Source: Adineta vaga (taxonomy: Eukaryota > Animalia > Rotifera). Taken from it: a DNA stretch of 64,000 nt. Shown here piece after piece: positions 26,887-39,441 of the stretch (positions are counted from its first letter, which is position 1; each line of letters opens with the position of its first letter). The notes beneath the pieces are model-generated. The model did not search any database. It was not told where the DNA came from and was given only the letters and a program-made list of their open reading frames with translations. A program made the translations under genes and the position numbers. The DNA lies in contig CP075497.1 in the NCBI GenBank assembly GCA_021613535.1, forward strand, positions 11,532,001 to 11,596,000. The letters run 5' to 3'.

Positions 26887-27822
26887 ATGAATCTTTTTGA
26901 TAAACGAAGTCCATTCGAAAAAGCGAAAGAACAAGTAAATTGATGACATTCTTCAAAATAGATAAAAGAATTCTTCGATATTTTAGACTCGTTCGATAAG
27001 TAGTCAAATTCGTCATGAAAAACGTCAACTTGATCGAGAAATAAATCGTAAGAATTTCGTTGATTGAATCATAAATCGAAACAATATCTTCTCTTTCAAA
27101 AGGTTCTGATCGAGAAATTCAACGTCTTTCCATTGATATTCGGAAACATGCAGCTACAAATAATAAAGATGCAATCCGTACATTAGCAAAAACAATTGTC
27201 AAGTAAATATTGTTGTTTCTCAAGTGACATGACAAGATTTTGTTGTTTTCTTCGTTTTTTCAAGAATAAAACATGATAAAAGTCGTTTATATACAGCAAA
27301 AGCAAATCTTGATACGATTGATAATGCAGTAAAGAATCAATTAGGTAAAGAAAGGATTTTGTCAATGAAGAAGATAAGAATACGTGTGTTTTTCATATAG
27401 CAAATATTAAAATTACGGGAATTATGCAGAAAAGTAATGAAGTTGCACGTTCAATGGCACAATTAATGAAAGTTGGACAATTTCAATCAGTTGCTGGACA
27501 ATTTTCGAAAGAATTAATCAAAGTATGTTAATAAGATAGTTATATTCTTAAAATTCGATGTATTATCTAGATGGGTATTATGGGTGAAATGATGAATGAA
27601 GCTGTTGATGCTGCTATGGATAATAATGAACTTGAAGAAGAAACAGATGAAGAAATTGCGAAAGTTTTAGATGAAGTTCTTGCTGGTAAAGTTGGTCAAT
27701 TGCCAAGTGTTGCTGTTGGTGGAACAACTGTTCGAGAAGCAGCAGGTGCTGCTGCAGCAGCAGTAGATGAGGATAGTGAAGAAGATGAAATGGAACGACG
27801 TTTACAAGCATTACGAAGCTAG
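26887..27822 (+). CDS. CHMP3: ESCRT-III subunit, CHMP3/Vps24-like (multi-exon)
   Basis: IRHEKRQLDREI, RLYTAKANL..VKNQL, MQKSNEV, FSKELIKMGIMGEMM, C-terminal EMERRLQALRS. CHMP2 not fully excluded. Confidence 0.82.
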
Positions 27823-28019
27823 ATTTATTGTATATAGAAAACATTATGAAGAAGAATCTTTTTTTTCTTTTCTCTCGTTTATTCATATATCTCTTTTAAG
27901 CAAATCTGATCTGAATTTTTCGATTCTAATGTCATATATCGACACAAAAATAAATTTATTCTTTCCAATAACTTTCGTCATATGTTTTTTGGAAAATGAA
28001 AAGAATTGTTTTCCTACGA

Positions 28020-29663
28020 TTAAGATCTTGCATGATCTGTATATGGTAACTGATATTCTTCAGATTCCGTTTCGTCCTCACTTGATGATATATTAGATAT
28101 TTTCTGTTCACCAAATACACTAACAAATGAATGTCCATCATCATGATCAAAATCAATATTATTATTCGTTTTCATTTGGATTCGATTTTGATATTGTTTA
28201 ACACGTTTACTCATTCGTTTGATTTGAACGTGATGATCAACAACAATAATTCGTCTTAATTTAATCGATACATTTTGTGAGAATTGTCGAAAAGCGCTCA
28301 CCATTGCACGAACTGTCATTTCATTAGCTGGACGTCTTTCCGTTGGAGATTTCACTACAAGAAAAGATTATTCTATGAAATGACAATGAATCGAAAATAT
28401 GTAAGATAGATTTACCGCTTGGTTCAAGAACAGGCATAGCAAGACTTGTTATTCCACTTTGATCAATAGTTTGTAGAGTACGATAGATAATTTGTTCATA
28501 AGTTGGTTGATAAGAATTGATATGGAAGTTGTCTTTTGTTAGTTCATTATTGATTAAACGTGGAACAACAAAGATGATTAAAACTTTTGCAGGAATTTGA
28601 AATTCACGATTGGGATAAACAATAATCTATTTCGAAATTTTCTCTATAAGAAAAGAGAAAACTTCAAACTTACTTTTCCTTCGAACACACGTGTATCTCG
28701 TGTTGCTAAATCATGTAAATAATTGGAAAGATTAGTTTTACCCAATGATTGAATTTGTTGATCAATTGCTGTATGAATTTTATAACGATTATTTATTGGA
28801 ATTCTTCGAAATGAAAAGGAGATAAAAGTATTCGAAAAGAAAAATCATTTCATTTCTTACAAAATACTGTCGACATTTTGTTCCATTAATTTCCCATTCA
28901 TGACTTTAACAGTTAAATTTCCACTATGTAAATCATAAGATTCCGAAGTATTTGTTTGATTTGGTTTGGAAAGTTTATAATGAAGATATGAATGTATAGC
29001 GTTTAATAGAAAGATATGACCTTCTAATAGAATTGAACTATCGGAAGTTATTTGACTTTTTCCACCTAGAAAATCAGATGTAGACATGAATAAAAGGCAA
29101 AAAAGGAACTTGTCAAACCGGATGCATGTAGAAATGGTAGACAATGTTGAAGAAATGAGTTCATTTGATTGAATTGTTTCATATGTGAATCAATAAAACA
29201 TCTCGTTTGTTGAAACAAATACGAAGATAGATGTGATAAATGAATCGTTGATCCATCGGAAAGTGTATGACGCATATTTAAAATCTTTTCTTCGGCTATT
29301 GAGAACAGAAAAAAAGAAGAAGAAGAAGAAACATATCAATGATCAATTGATAGAAAGAGATTTTCAATTTACTTCGTTTTGATTTACATAATAAAAGTCC
29401 CGACTGAATCTGTGTTGGATAGAGTACATTAACATTTGATGTTAAATTTAAAAAATATTCTTTTATAATAATTGAATGAAGATTTTGAGAATCAATTGAA
29501 GAAGATTTTATATAGAATGTTAATAAAACTGGCGTGTCCATATTTTGTTTATTTAACATACTTATCGAAACAAATATGTTTATATTCATGACAAATTATA
29601 CATTATTTACGCTTCAATGAATTGCTTTGAGGCATTCGATCGTCTCAAGGTAATTATAGTCAT
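28020..29663 (-). CDS. Protein with a degenerate macrodomain (multi-exon; start uncertain)
   Basis: VKVMNGKLMEQNVDSILIP..IDQQIQSLG..IPAKVLIIFVVP..IIYRTLQTIDQSGITSLAMPVL..VRAMVSAFRQF..LRRIIVVD follows macro-fold motif order. Confidence 0.7.
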
Positions 29664-29809
29664 GAGAAGTAGAAAGATTTTCAACTCATGCCGTTTGTTT
29701 GTACTTAGAAAAGTTCTTTGAGATTTTTATATTTATTATGATGTATGTCAAATCTAAAGGATGGATTTTCATGGAGGAAAAAAAAGAAAGAAAGGAGTAT
29801 TTGTTGTAT

Positions 29810-30313
29810 TTAAAGGTATAAAATCATCTGATATGCATCAGGTTCATGAGATTGAACAAATGAAGGCATATCATGAGGATGAAAGAAAAAATCTTTGAAT
29901 AAATATTGTTTTCGAAAACCAACTTTTTCATAGAGACCAATTGCTTTTTGATTATTAATTTGTGTATGTAAAATAACAGCAAAATACCGTTCTTTTTCTC
30001 CCCATTCTTTAATTGATTTTAATAAATGTGTACCAATCCCTTGACCTTGACTAGATTCTGCAACACCAAATAGTTTTATATAAAGAACATTTTTATGTTT
30101 ATGACTTTGTACAAGTGCACAAGCAATATGTCGATTGATTTTCTTATCAAAAATACACCAAATATGATCAACACTGGTAATGATGGAACGTAATCTTTGC
30201 ATTCCATAGTAATCACCAAACAAAGGTCCAAGGACGGATTCGACATCCTCGAATGAAAATTTGGAATTATGTCGAACAGAAATGGGTGAAAATTGTTGAT
30301 AAACAAACTTCAT
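29810..30313 (-). CDS. GNAT-family N-acetyltransferase (RimI/NAA-like), intronless, about 167 aa
   Basis: LYIKLFGVAESSQGQGIGTHLL (acetyl-CoA motif A) and LHTQINNQKAIGLYEKVGF (motif B); first ATG at 30313. Confidence 0.9.
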   Translation of the reverse strand: MKFVYQQFSPISVRHNSKFSFEDVESVLGPLFGDYYGMQRLRSIITSVDHIWCIFDKKINRHIACALVQSHKHKNVLYIKLFGVAESSQGQGIGTHLLKSIKEWGEKERYFAVILHTQINNQKAIGLYEKVGFRKQYLFKDFFFHPHDMPSFVQSHEPDAYQMILYL

Positions 30314-30658
30314 TTGTATTTTTTTTTCTTCGTTAATAAGAAAAATAAATCGACAACTGATTCCACGGATCGTAAAAAAAGCGACGAAAAGAAAAATAGA
30401 TACACATAAATATATCACCACACCTAGGCAATACGAAAATATTCTTTTATATGATTCATTTAATTAACGTTATTAGTCATTCGTTTTCGAATAACGAATT
30501 CACTTTTTCATTTCCGTAGATACAACATCAATATAAATGAGTTTTAAAGGAAAAGATTAAGAAGATTTTTCAATACAATGTAAAAGAAGAAAAAGAAGAA
30601 GAAGAAGAAGAAGCACATTTCGATGACGGAATGAATATTGAGTAAGGATCAATGTTCA

Positions 30659-33600
30659 TCACACTGTCGTTCGCAAGCCATCAATCGATTGAATCATCGT
30701 TGGATCCTAAGAAGAAGAAGAAGAAAAAAAAACAAGAAAATATAATTTGAAAATTATTTTCGTTGATGATTTTACGTTCAAACAAAATGACATGAAATCT
30801 TGCATGGTTATATAACCTTGATGTAATTTGTCAAATCGTTGAAAGACAAAAGCTGTATGTTCTCGAATGATATCAAGATCATATCGAGGACTTGATACAT
30901 TTCCAAGTAAAGAATAAACAGCACAAATAATAGCAAAAAAATCCTATGTATTTTCAACAAAAATAGGTAATTAAGTTTAGTTTATTGAAGAAAGAACTAA
31001 CTTCTTGTGTTAATTTTCCGGCTTTTTTTGTATCATATAGAGTAAATATCCATCGAAGTCGATCTTCAACTGATCCACGACATAACGTTGATAAACAAAG
31101 GAGAAAATCTTCAAATGTTACATAACCTGATGAACGTAAATCAAACGTAGCAAAAACGAGATGAGCATAAGATGAGGTATCAGCAAATGGGAAAAATTGT
31201 CCATATATATGTTTAAATGTTTCTTCGTTAACAATACCTAAAGAAAAGAGAATTTATCAAATAAGAGAAAAAGATTGAAAGAAGAAAAATTTATACCGGA
31301 CGGACATTCTTGTTTGAAACCTTGATAAATAAGTTGAATTTCTTTCTTACTAAATTTTGTTCGACTTGCTAATTCATCAAGACTACGTGGTTTATAACGT
31401 TTTAATGTTTCCAAACCATCATCATCAAAATCAGTGTCTAAATAAAGAAAATATTCGTTCATATTTATGAAGTTTTTCAAAACAAAACCATGACTTTTCT
31501 CTCATATCTTACGTTTTATCTTAGCCATTTTCTCTTCTGCATAATATTTGATGAAAAATGTCTTTTTTTTCCTCATCAAACTATCACACTAACTTGATGC
31601 ATTCATTTATATTTATAATCATCATCTGTTCAATGTTGAATCTAACTTACTTCTATGTGTCATTTCTGGCAAAATAAAATAGTATGAATTCTATAATTCC
31701 ACTTCAATACTTCTTTTATCATTAAACTCATTATCATGTCATACACACGATAAGAGTCACAAAAAAAAACCTATGATCCCATCCTTCCTGTTCTGTCATG
31801 ATACGAAGTTTATTTTCTAGATAATGACATTCTGATTTTCTTTTCCCTTCTTTTTCCTCTAATATAAACAAGACAAAAAATTAGCTTAATCAATTTCTTT
31901 TGATAATAAATACTTCGGCAATATTTACATAGAAACAATATGTATCTGTATCATTTCTCTTTTCGATATTCGAATAATAAACATATCTGCTATTTGCAAA
32001 TGGTGTCAAATCAACTACTGTGCACTTAAAAGAATGTCTTATGATTTATTATGATAATAAATGCATCGTACACTATTTAACTAGTACATCTTATCTAATT
32101 TTAATGAGGTTTTTCTTTTCTCATAAACATGAGAGAAAAAAAGATTCAGTCACACTCAATGTTATTGGTTTGTTCAATGACACGTACGACTCATGAAAAT
32201 CTCTGAGGAATCTATGTTTGAAATAAAGTGTTTAGAAAACAAATGAAGTAACTTACAGCAGACGGACGAAGAATATTCGTCCATCGTCGATCATCCATAT
32301 GACTCTTACAAAAGTAGATAATAAAGGAACATTATAGAGTAGATTTGTGTAAATATGTATATCTATATATGAATGTGTGAAGATATATTTATATAATAAG
32401 TAATACCTAATCGACTTCTTCCCTTCGAGATCAAAATAATGATTGTGCTATTTTTTCCTTTGTTTTTCTTTGCTCTGTTCTTTTTTTTTCTTAGTTTTTT
32501 TTCTGTATCTCAAAGAATCGCCTTTTCCAGATAGGAAACCATGTTATACTCGAGGATAATCAATTATTCATAGCACATTGTACGAAAATAAAGAGAGAAA
32601 AAGGGAGAAGAAGAAGATTTCAGACGAATACGGGTGGTCTGGGTGTTGATGATAGTTAAGGAAAGGCGAGAATAGAATGTCGAGTTGTTGTCGCCGTCTA
32701 TGAAAAAACCGTTTGTCTTTCTCGACACAGAGAAGAGATGAAAAAAAATGACATTTTGAGTGTCTTTTTTGCCTCAAACAAAAAACCGTCGTCTTTCTCT
32801 CTCTCTCTCTCGCTCTCCTTTTCTCGATTCTAATATGCGATGTTACATAAAGAAAAAAATAAAAAAAAAACTCAGAAAGAAAAGAAAAATCGAGAACTGA
32901 AGAAATGTTCAACTTCAAAAAAAACAAGTCCAATGATAATAAATATAGAATGTAGTCGAACGAGTATGAGTGTTCAATAAAAATAATGATGACAGGAAGA
33001 GACGAACGACGTGTCAATGTATCGAATAGAGTCAAGGATCTTTTCTTCTTCTTCTTCTTCTTCTTCTTCTTCTTGCAAATCTTTTGTTATCTTCCAGATG
33101 AATGAAAAGAAGATCAAATAGTAAATAGATTTCTTCGTTTTTTTGTCGCTTGCAAAAATTCTTCTCGCTCTTTCGACATTGTTTATGGATGAGCATAGAC
33201 TTTTTTTTATTCACTCGACTGTCTTTTTTTCTTCTTCGCTCGGAACTATAAAAAGATTACTATTTGACAAGAATGTATTAGATAAATTAACAAGCAAAAG
33301 AAACGCACAAAATGTGTGATAGATCTATGTTAGTTAGAAGGTATCGGAGTTATCCTCGACAGTGGCGGGGGAAGAGATATCCTTACACCCTACTCGATCA
33401 AATGTCAATAGAAAATGATTGTCGACATTATTAACATTATCATATTGTTGATAATGATAAATTCGATTGATGAGAGATTCTTTGATATGATGACAGAATG
33501 GTTTTTTTCCAAAAGACAGACAATATAATTGATCGATAGACAATGTGTTAATTGAGAAGTCAAGAGGGATCAATTTTCCGATAGGAACAAGAATCTACCC

Positions 33601-34479
33601 ATTTTAATCTTGAGAATATGAAGAACAAATAAATAAAACTTACTATATGGTATACTTGATAATGACATTTTACTCAAAAAGAAAAATTGAATTTATTGAG
33701 AAAAAGAAAAGTAATGAATGAATTGATGTTGATTGTCAATGCTTATTTCTGTGTAGCATCGAATAATTTATTAATATTTCTTTTTTTTACAAACACGCAA
33801 ACATACATTAGTAAAATATCGTCATTTCTGGAAAGATAAAGACACGAACATTCAACTACTTCCGTTATATTCTTTTATTTGATATAGACAATGCGATTAA
33901 GACACCTTACTAATTCAATATGATCAAAAGCGACTTGTATAGATCTTCTCATTCTCGATTGGTTTGTTCTTGTTTTCTTATTACAAAGAAATATGATTTC
34001 ATCTGAGTTAATAAATTATTCATCTAAAGTAACATTTCATTTCTTTCTTTTTTTCTCTTCATATATGCGAGTATTATCAAATAAGAAGAGAAAAGAACAC
34101 ATACAATTTAGACAGATTTGACGTCGAAGAAAGTCTTCGTAAATACCGGAAAAATTCCTAATCAAATCGAGAAAAGTTCTATATGTATCATCGAATTTAA
34201 TATCTAATCTATCCTAAGGAAAGCATATTTAACAAATCTTTTCGATTGGCAACAAGATTGAATGTCTTATTTAATATCGATAAGTTTCCTGAACACTTCA
34301 TCTAACGAGAGCGAGAGAGGGAGAAAACGTCTTTCCAGATCGTAGGAGCGTGTGGAAACATCATTATCTTTCTTTTTTTTCTTATTATATTAATTTAATT
34401 TGTTACTCTACACATAGTGGTATTCCAAAATTCACTTACTTCCTCCAAATCGTGCACTGATAACCATGGCAACACCCAT
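30659..34479 (-). CDS. KCNIP: Kv channel-interacting protein (KChIP/NCS family); core exons 31437-30659, probable first exon 34479-34440
   Basis: RTKFSKKEIQLIYQGFKQECPS|GIVNEETFKHIYGQFFP..YAHLVFATFD..LCRGSVEDRLRWIFTLYD; upstream exon MGVAMVISARFGG ends in a phase-1 GTAAGT donor. Confidence 0.88.
33042..33074. repeat. (CTT)n microsatellite; other short (GA)n, (GAA)n and (CAA)n tracts occur near 6665, 7003, 30592, 32797, 36657 and 43250
   Basis: About 10 tandem CTT units read directly. Confidence 0.85.
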
Positions 34480-37400
34480 CGTTTATTGCAAAGACAAAAG
34501 ACTTAGTAATTTTAGAATTTGTAATCTTTGTTGTAATGATTGGATTTCGGAAGATAGATGTAGAATATCAGCATCATAAACATGCCACCGCATGTTATTT
34601 AGACAAATATGTAATAGGAAAACAAGTTTGACATCTTAAATATCTCAATAGAAGATTAAAGAATAGGAAATCGAACGGTACCGAAAGAGATGTAGTTTCA
34701 AAAGAAAGAACGGCTTTTCTCATCATTGTCAACATATAATAATGAAACTCTTCTTTTTTTTTTGCTTCGTCTTAGACTTGTAACTCGACCTCTGATCAAT
34801 ACTCTGTATAGTTATTAACATTATTCAACATCAAATATCTTCTATCAAATAGATGGAATTCTCTCCTGCTCTCTCTCTCTCTCTTTCTGCTCTTGTCGCA
34901 TTAGATTATTCTCATCTCATTTTTTAAATGCCAATAATATGAAAAATGGAGAGAAATTATCTCAGTATAATTTATGAAATATGGGATATAATACAGACAT
35001 ATTTATGTATATATATCATCTCTTAAAGGACGATAGACGACATATTTTCGATATAGATCATTCTAGGAGAGACGTCAAACTTGTGTTTTGAATAAAAACT
35101 CTCGGATATCAAGATCAATATGAATTCTTCGGTAAGAAGGAGAGAAAATAACTATCGGCTAGATATTTCCTATCAATAAGAAAACGACAATAACGAAAGA
35201 AAGTGAAAGAAATATTTTGTCAAGGTGGAGAAAGCGAAGAAGAGAATAAGGAGAAAGTAGATTGAATTTTTTTCTCGCTGCCGTGTTTCGTTTCTGTTTA
35301 ATTTGGATTCTAATCAGACAGATTTCTCACAACTAACAAAACATTGACGAAAGAAAAAGAAGGTCAATTATATCGATTGATGAAGCACAATTCCTCTTAC
35401 AATAGTTCATCTATTCTTTATTTCATCAATATATATAAATATATATGTGTATGTTATATCGTGTTCGAGGATCTTGTTTTGTTTTTACAATATATTTTTG
35501 CACGAACGATAAGTAGAGACAAGAATATAATGTTTTTTTCTCAAGTTAATCTTCGAATATTGCATGCACATCTCTATACAATCTATGACAATATCTCTTG
35601 AGAATATAGAGACAAATTGTATACCTGTCATGTTACGATTATTACAAAAAGTCATTTCAATAGATTTCTTTTTCGAAATAGAAAACATTTCTATCAACAA
35701 TAAACTAGTATCTTTTTCAGTCGATTTGTTGATAAGTTCTGAATTATTTTAACAACTGTTACCGTTTACTGATGATTAACAAACAAGATCTGATTTAACA
35801 GCTGTTCATCATTTTCATCTGGACATCTGTCAATCTATTTATGCAAAAAACCGACTAGCTAGGATATTTTTCAATCAGATCATTCGTGATTTTTGTTGTT
35901 GCTTCTATCATTCAAAAAACAATCGTGTATTTCTATTTAAAATTTCTATTAACAATCATTGACGGAACTATCTAGATAATAATTATCATTCAAATCGGAT
36001 GTTCGCTTCCAAACGATGGCATTCATAAGCAAGACAAGTAACTATTGTTGCAGAATTAATACATCAGATTTTTTCTTTCTTTCAAACAAAAATATCGAAT
36101 AACTATTCTTTTAAAAACTTCATCGTTCTCATTTTTCTCTTTCTAATCTTTGTGTCTTAGATTATTTTAAATTATTACATGGCTCAGATATCGGATACTC
36201 AATGAACTTTACCAAATTTATTTTTTGGTTAATTAGACGTCTATATAAATGTTCATATGCTTACCTTTAAGACCTTTACGCACAAATTTGCGTGTTCTAG
36301 AAATGAATGATGAAGCAAATTTTGTTCGAAGTGTTGATTGTCGTGCAAAGTGGCTCATGATGAATTTTCTTCTATTTTGTCAGACTGTTACAAAAGAAAA
36401 GAGAACTAAATATATACATACACATATATTCAAATAATAATTACTGATAAAGATAAAGAACTCTATAGTTACGCTTATAATTGTGCCCCTGATCGACGGA
36501 AATGATTACATTGTATACTGAGTGTATGTGTTTTGACTTAATCGTTGTGTCGTGAATGTTTGCTTTAACACACAATGTTTGAAGTCGTATGTGCGTACGC
36601 GCGATAAGCAACGTAATGAAGAGTGATTTGAAAAACCGACAGTAAGACGAGAAGACAGAGAGAGAGAGAGAGAGAAGCAAAAGAAACGGAATACAAAACC
36701 GAAGCGAACAATAACGAGAAGCATAGAGCAAAAATTGTGTTTCTCCTATTTTCTTTTCATTATAGAATGCAACCTTCTTCAATGAGATAAAGTAGAGTAA
36801 GAAAAAGATGAAAAGAAAGATAGTTATGCAGAAAATTGATCATAATGTTCTTTTTCATCAGTAACATCCTCGTGCATGTATTCACTATCGAGCAATTGTT
36901 CCTCGACTCGTTTCTATACAGCCGATCGATGAAAAGGCAGACGAACGAGTGATTTATCTAAGACACACTCATGGCCGACTTCGTTATCTTGCAATTGAAC
37001 ACAACTCAGAGTTGTTAAACGAGAAAAAAATATATAGTTCAAAAACATAACTATTCGAGAAAACAAACCGAATCATTTATTCAATGTATAATCAAAACAA
37101 TTCAAATGAACAAACATCAAGTAAATTACTATATGGTATTTTCAATAAGCATATATATATCATTCGAAATATTCCTATGCGTAGGAAACATTTATTACAG
37201 ATAAATAAGTATAAATCTTTTAATCTTTTCATATCGATAAGTAATCTCTCAGCAATGTGCAACGCAGTTAATAGAATGAATAAGTCGATTTTAAAGACAT
37301 TATCATGATAAAAATCAATTTCATCTCGATTTTCTTATGACGAGTATTAAACTCATTTTCTTGATTGCAGATCTCGATCATATTTTTTCAATTGATACTA

Positions 37401-38015
37401 TCGACTACTCGTTCATAAGCAACATGTCAAGAAATCCATTGCCAATGATAAAAAAGATAGATTATCATTCTTTTGAAGACACACTTCTTTTTAATGTTTG
37501 TTAAATCATGACATTGATTCTATTCATCGATGGTATGTGATCTTTTATCTGTTCAGAAAAAACTTTAACTATTCGCATTGTAGAAATCTCGAAAATAACA
37601 CTTGTCTAAATCAATATTATCTTAGGTATAGTGCTGTGAAAAAGTACCACTTCGACTTTAACTAGAAAATCTAATTGAAGTGCAAACATCATCCAATATA
37701 GAAGAAAACAAACAAAAATATTTCTATTTTCTTGTCTTAAAATACAAAGAATTCTTATTTAATTATCAAAATACGTTTAGAATGGCAGTGCATTTTGTTT
37801 AAACGTGATGTATTTCTTCAAATGTAAATGATAGTAAATTAACACGTGTAAAGAAGAATAATTATCACATTTTTTTTATTATTTTCTAAAATAATACTTC
37901 ATTGAAAATAATGATTACAACTGACTAGTGAGAATAAAATGTAAAGCAATACAGCTGTTTTGAGAAAAATACTCAGAGAAAAATCAGAATAAAAGTCATT
38001 CTTCTAACAATATCT

Positions 38016-39384
38016 ATGTGGTGTACAGGACGATCAATTAGACGAAAATCTGAAGCATGTAGCAGCGAAGAAGAAAATGATAATGATGACGATGATGATG
38101 ACACACCCAATGGAAAGAATTCTAGTTCAACCGGTACGTTCTTTTTATTTTAGACATCTCGATAGTTTTGAACAACGTATATTTACTAAGGAGTTATTTA
38201 TATCTCTCGGTAATCGAATAGATAAAAGAAATACCTTTGTTCTTTATTCATACGTGGAGATATTCACCTCTCCTCTAATGCACACATTTCGATCAGCATA
38301 TTTTTACTGGTCCACGAACGACTTAATGGAAAAGAGAAAAAGAAAGGTTACATATGCACTATTCAATATATCATAAAAAAAACATCTAATCTTACTATTT
38401 ACTTTCGTATATCAAAAGAAAAGAAAGTAACAGTAGTTTTTAAAGAAAAGAATTATAACAGGCAGAAGAATTCAATGTTATCAAATGCTATTCTTATGCA
38501 TCACTAACGATAACAAAGATAAAATCAAATAGGAATTAATATGTCCGCTATTTCATCCCATGGATCTAACAAAGGTTAGTCAAAAGTTTATCTTCTATTC
38601 AAAGTAACAATTTTAATGCCTGCAAATAGCGATAGTGTTTCTCCTACAATAATAAGTTATATCAATACGATTTTTTCTCTCAAATAAATTATTAAGTTTG
38701 TTTTTGTATTTAGGAAATGTACATAAAGAAGATCAACGATTACATAATCTCCTTTATCGTAAATCTAAACTTGAAAGTGTCAATGAAACATCCGCATTAC
38801 TTAGTGGTTTTGCTATTGTAAGTTTTTCAAGAAAAATAAATCTATATCTTAGATTTGCTTTTTAGGTAGCGATCGTCGAATTATCATTAGATTCTTATAT
38901 TGAACATAAATCAGGTGATGGTTTGATTATTTGTTATGCAATTGTATCATGTTTACTTGTTGGTATTCATTTACTTGCTTTATTAATGTCAATGTGTATA
39001 TTACCGGAATTGAAAAGTGTCATTCGTCAAAGTGATATGTGGATGAATAATGAAAATACAAAACCATTATCATCATTGAATATTTATATTGAAATAGCAT
39101 GGGTGGTGTCAACGGGTTTAGGTTTATTCTTATTTATCATTGAATTATGTCTTATTTTTTGGATTAAAGTCAGTGGCTTTTCTCAAACAGCAGCTATTGC
39201 TGCTTTAGTCACACTTTGTCTTGTGGGCTGTCCATTTATTCTATTTGCTGTTGGCTTTTACTTTCGTGTTGCAAGAGCGAAAGTTCATTTACATCAAACG
39301 GATTTAGAAATCATCGAACGTGGTGCTATTGCACGTGGAATATTCACGAATACTTCGATAAATCCAACAGAAACTAACCGCTGA
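38016..39384 (+). CDS. Orai: Orai (CRAC channel) paralog 1; candidate first exons 38016-38133 or 38541-38574, then 38714-38817 and 38866-39384
   Basis: KSKLESVNETSALLSGFAI|VAIVE (TM1), LLVGIHLLALLMSMCILP (TM2), IEIAWVVSTGLGLFLFIIELCLIFWIK (TM3), VGCPF (TM4). Confidence 0.93.
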
Positions 39385-39441
39385 TTAGATTTATATATAA
39401 ATAATAATAAAGTTTTTACAAAAGAAAATAAAAGTTCGAAT

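Noticed and set aside
30313-30421. Hydrophobic N-terminal extension of the GNAT ORF
   Set aside because: It begins at GTG in T-rich sequence; the first ATG at 30313 gives a normal GNAT length.
32568-37308. Many 60-155 aa ORFs rich in F/L/S/K/R
   Set aside because: Low-complexity translations of T/A tracts and microsatellites with no motifs or splice support.
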